A stretch of 63,169 bases of DNA, filler included. It is 8 parts of 8 records of this genome, joined end to end, with 100 filler letters (N's around TTAATTAATTAA, not from the genome) between each part and the next. Parts side by side here need not be neighbours in the genome. Positions count along the whole stretch, not along the records: positions 52,527 to 63,169 come from SRR7504441_786; 7 more parts are not named here. One strand, given 5' to 3'. The position numbers and the translations under genes were made by a program. This document shows, piece after piece, positions 58,965-63,169 of this stretch (positions within the stretch are counted from its first letter, which is position 1; the number at the start of each line of letters is the position of its first letter). The notes under the pieces are model-generated. The model was not told the origin of the DNA. It saw nothing but the letters and a program-made list of their open reading frames with translations, and ran no database searches.

Positions 58965-60443
58965 ATGGGGCCCCTGCGACTGTACAGCATGCTGAGTGCA
59001 CTCGCTGTCGTGCTTGTATGGGTGACGGCGGCCGGGCAAGAGCACAGCACGGTGGACTTCGAGCGGTCGGTGCTCGAGATCGCCCACCGGTGCGAGGAGG
59101 CGGGTCGGAGCCGGGAGTTCCTCGGCTGCGTCCTGAAAGAGATGCGGCAGGATGAGGGTCTAGCGCCGGTCGCAGCGCAGTTTGAGGCAGGCTCGATGGC
59201 CGAGCCGCCTGGGCACTACGCAGAGGAGACCCCCAGGCAGGAGCGCCTGCTGCACCTGCTCAGAAACTTCAGCTGCGCCCGCGACTCGGCCACCTCCGAT
59301 CCGCTCGAGCTTCGCCAGTGGACCTGGGACCGCGACGCACCCGCCAGTCCGTGGATACTGGTGCCGGGCCAGCTGATGGGCGGTGCGGACTGCCCTGTGT
59401 GGCCAATCTGAGGGCACGCGCTGCAGATGCGATTGGAGAGGAGCTGCAGCTCGATGAGCGTGGGGCGCAAGAGCATTGCGAGCGGCTCGAGAGCTGCGAT
59501 GGTTTCACCTACGAGCAGCTCAGCGCCAAGGAGCTGCCGTTGGTCCAGTTCCAGACCAACGCTGTGGCAGCCTCGCGCGATTTTGTGGTACCCGCTGATG
59601 GCTGGCATTCACAACTGTACGTGCCAATGCAGCCGATTAGCCATGCTGCAGTCCAGCTTCCGCGTCAGGAATATACACTGGCGGTGCTACACCGATCACC
59701 GGATATCGTGATCGTGAGAAACTTCACCACGACAGATGAATGCAATGCATTGATGCAGGTCGGTGGATCGATGAGCCAGACTGTGCTTAGGCTGGTTGTA
59801 GGAGGGAGGAGCACAAGCATCGATGAGGCACACACACAAGGACATGCATCAAAGTAGAGACCGCCAGGCCTTTTCATCCGATATTCAGCTCGATTCCGAG
59901 ACTGCAAGAGCGCTGATGGAGCGCAAGACCGCTTTGATGCGAAATCTGACGGGGTATAATCTCGCGGTGGATGGCCAAGAACCGCTCAACGCGGTGCTGT
60001 ACGCCAACCCAGGAGACGAGTATATGCCACATTGCGACGGGTGGCACCCGAGTGTAAGAAATGCGGAGTTGACGGCTGGTTCCTGCAGGGTTTGCGATGG
60101 TACTGCATATCCATTTGGAGAACGTGTGGCAACTTCAATATTGTACTGCCGAGTCGCTGATGGTGGAGGACAGACTAGTTTTACAAGAGCAGGGCTGATG
60201 GTCAATCCCGAGGTGAATATGCTGCTGGTCTTCACCTACAAGCACAGGAATGGTACAATGGACCATGGGCTAAGTGAACACTCGAGCTGTCCCTTGCTAC
60301 GCGGTCAAAAGTGGGTTGCCAATCAATGGTATCGGGAGGGCGTGGATGCTCTGAACCCGTGGCATACCATCATAGCTGGGTTCACCGCATCGCAACGAGT
60401 CCGTGTGCAGATGGCCATGAGCGAAGCGGACGACGAACTCTAG
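58965..60443 (+). CDS. Prolyl-4-hydroxylase-like 2OG-Fe(II) dioxygenase, secreted or ER
   Basis: Signal peptide, NFTTTDECNAL, YMPHCDG, ERVATSILY, GGQTSF and EHSSCPLLRGQKWVANQW. Short GT-AG introns. Confidence 0.85.
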
Positions 60444-60885
60444 TAACCGTAACAAGTGACTAATAACTTGAGTGAATTGAGGTCATTGAGCCGGCAGTAC
60501 CGTGTACATGTAAGTACCGTGTACATTCATGATCATAATGCTTACAAACGCTCGAGCAAACATTATAGTAACTATGTACTCAAAGGAACCAGCATGAGGC
60601 TAGCACGAGGCTTGGATTATCCCCGTCTTATTCATAAGTCATTACATGTACCAAACCTTAGCTCGTACTTAGCTCGCCAGTAAGCTCGCTAGCATGTCAC
60701 GGTAGCTAGCATGACATTGTACAAGGCAAGCTGAATACATGTAACATCCAGCTACATCCAATCCAGCCTCGCCAACGTGAGCGTCCTTGCCACAATCACG
60801 TGAATTTCACTATTGATTCACACCCACCGATCTTTAAGATTGTTGATCGAAACGGCCTTACCTATCGTTCTTTCATGTATTTCTC

Positions 60886-63156
60886 TTATTTTCTAGAGCT
60901 CTTCCGCTTACTTCGTCTTGGCTTTACAGACGACGCCAATTGCCATTCTTGCAAAGCGTCCTCCGGATTGTCTGGTGCACGATCGCGCCAAAACATTCTA
61001 TGACCATCCTCCTCGTCATCATCACGCCTAGTCACTTTCTTCACGAGTTCTCCAGGTAGGTATGTAGAATTCGTTCTTTCCCGCGGATCGCCTGGACGAT
61101 AGGCGGTGAAGAAGAAACTTGGTTCCCCCTGGTATTCTAGCGACCCCTTGATGAGGTCATTATCCTTCTGCCAGAGCTTCAGGTCGCCGTGAGCGCCAAG
61201 GTTGGAGAAGCCTCCATAGCTGTAGCTGCAATAACCTAGACCTGGCCCTGCTTCTGTCGGGAAGCAGACCCCCTGCCACTCTCGGCCCCCAGACTTGGAG
61301 TCCATCGTGAGCTCCCGAATGCACTGCTGTGACGATTCAGGATCATCGTCATCAAACTTGTCATGCCATGCAGAACCAACACCGCTAAAGTACTTGGCCA
61401 AAGCTTGCTTCATCCCAAATCGGCACTCATCAGGACTCTCAGGCGGCGGCTGGTCTTTCGGGCCAGTTCCAAAAAATGTAATCCAGCCACAAGTAAGGTT
61501 GTTGCACCTCTGTAGGTTCTGGGTCGTTCCAATCTTGAGCCATCCCCGAAGCCCTGACGCCTCTACCAACTCAAAGCAGCCCAAGGCCCATTTGAACGGC
61601 CTTAAGGAAGCAGAAGGCCGCCCTTCCGGCACATTAACAGCGTTGACGATGGAAATGGCATTATTGAACTCTTCACGCCTTTTTCCTATTTGCTCATCCC
61701 ATTTCTCAGCACAGCCGCTGCACATGAATGCATGATCTATGACCAGCGAAGTGGTCCTTTTGCCCTCACTGTCGGTAGGGCCGCCCAAGAGCTCCTCTTT
61801 GTATTTCTCGAGCGAGGGATGCTCATCAAGGATCTCATGCAAGCTGCGCCTAGTTGTGAACCAACTGGGTTGGCCATGCACCTCTGGCTTTACCATCAAA
61901 CAGACCTGTGTGTGCCGAGGACAGCAAGAGCGACTGCAAGGTGACATGAAATCATGAAATTCGCACCGGCTGATAGGCGCTTGGAGCAGGTTGCAATCAA
62001 CACAACTCACAACCGAACACTCCTCGCATTCAAGCAGCAGACCGTGCGCTGCGTGATTGTGGCAAATGTGCACGCCACACGCGTCACAGCCCTGCATGTC
62101 TCCAGGCCGCTGGCCCGCTGCGTCTGATCCGTCCCAAGAGAGAACCCTACAGCGCATGGTGCTCAGAAGGTGGCAAAATGCGGCCTAATCACCTGTGGTG
62201 GTTGTGCAGGCAGCCTTGGCAAAACACCGCACCACAGCCCTGTACACCGCACGCAACTGCGGCGGGCTCTCCACAGAGCTCGAAGCAGTTTGCTGGTGTG
62301 ATGCGACCCTTCCACATAGTCATGCAATACTGTTTGTCTACAACATAGTGGCCCATGGGCTGATCTTTGAACTGCTGCAGCAGCGCCAAATACAGCTCGC
62401 GAGGATGAACGCCTTGAGCTGCCTGCTTGACTTCCTGCTCCCAGCGCTGAGTGACGCCGAGGTTATCTCGATCAAACCGAGGCAGTGTGAGCTCGCCTGC
62501 TGATGTTATCGCTGCAGACTGTAGTGCACCCCACGGTGTCGCTGCAAGGAACTGATTCCAGATTGGAAGTCCCATGGCGCAATCTCGGACTAGCTTGCAG
62601 CAAGAAGAGGCTCGCAGTGTGATAGGGACACCCGACAGGAATAGACAGCGGCTTAAAACCTCACACGGCACCCACCGCAGGAGCGCCGAAGCAGCAGTGC
62701 GTCTCAGCAAAGCTTGCAGTGCCCTGCGGCGCGCAGATATAGTACCAGTGCTCGGATACTGGCCTTCTGGAACTTGCTGCTCAGCTGCAGTGCATAGGGC
62801 GCTGATTCGGCGCTCTATGCTCACGAGCGACGGCCTGATCAGCCGGCTATCGCGGTAAGGTGTGATGACAACGGAACCATCGTCTAGCTGCACACGGTAG
62901 GCTGCCAGCACAGGTGAGCTCCAGGAATCGTGGTGGTAATCTGTATGCGTGATGTGCCCCTCAGCCCACCATTCGCGCCCAGTCTGGCCAGGTAGCCCAC
63001 GCAGGTGACACACATCACTCGCTCGCCAGGGTCAAATATTGTGCCGGGGTCAGCTTCGCTGCACCTCAGCCGGCACGATTCAGGGACGTCGGTTTCATCG
63101 ATGAAGAAGTTGCGTCCCTCCTCGTCCCAGTCATAATCGTCCCAGTCGCTCTCCAT
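60886..63156 (-). CDS. Hypothetical protein with SH3-like N-domain, F-box-like segment and Cys/His-rich zinc-binding region
   Basis: FDPGERVMC...WAEGHI...AAYRVQLDDG, then LRWVPCEVLSRCLFL...SSCCKLVR, and many CxxC pairs. A GT-AG intron near 62147-62192 joins the two long ORFs. The first junction is ambiguous. Confidence 0.55.
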
Positions 63157-63169
63157 CGCCCCGTCGCTC

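Overview
This window is not one locus. It is eight assembly fragments of a GC-rich unicellular eukaryote, joined by seven artificial 100-nt linkers (N44-TTAATTAATTAA-N44). The lineage cannot be assigned from this window. It uses the standard genetic code, and its gene content suggests a heterotrophic or mixotrophic flagellate. The genome is very compact. Most genes sit head-to-head with only about 30-90 bp between start codons, and tail-to-tail across AT-rich spacers. They are broken by many tiny introns of near-uniform length (mostly 36-47 nt, GT-AG and frequent GC-AG), which is why the ORF track looks fragmented. Manually spliced genes include a membrane patatin/cPLA2-like phospholipase, GDP-L-fucose synthase, CDIN1, an RCC1-repeat protein, a DHHC palmitoyltransferase, RPL37, a 1,500+ aa helical-repeat protein, a TRANK1-like ankyrin/RelE-like/UvrD helicase, a CmcJ-like oxygenase, two sulfatases, RIO2, a Ubl-EF-hand-TMEM151 fusion, SDHA, a CAP-Gly protein, secreted carbohydrate-active candidates, an ATP-grasp protein and a prolyl-4-hydroxylase-like enzyme. 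The most notable locus is 37455-41577 (-). It encodes a chromomethylase (CMT)-like cytosine-5 DNA methyltransferase with no BAH domain, a degenerate internal chromodomain, an EEV motif VI, and a C-terminal chromo-like plus Tudor-like pair. Its single long intron hosts a predicted H/ACA snoRNA complementary to the conserved 18S rRNA pseudouridylation site (human 105, yeast 106). Other signals are chained TAC-NN-GTA palindromes in 3' spacers, a ~300-nt nested-helix candidate ncRNA, and a 30-bp direct-repeat-bounded element. All homology calls come from motif recognition by eye; no searches were run.
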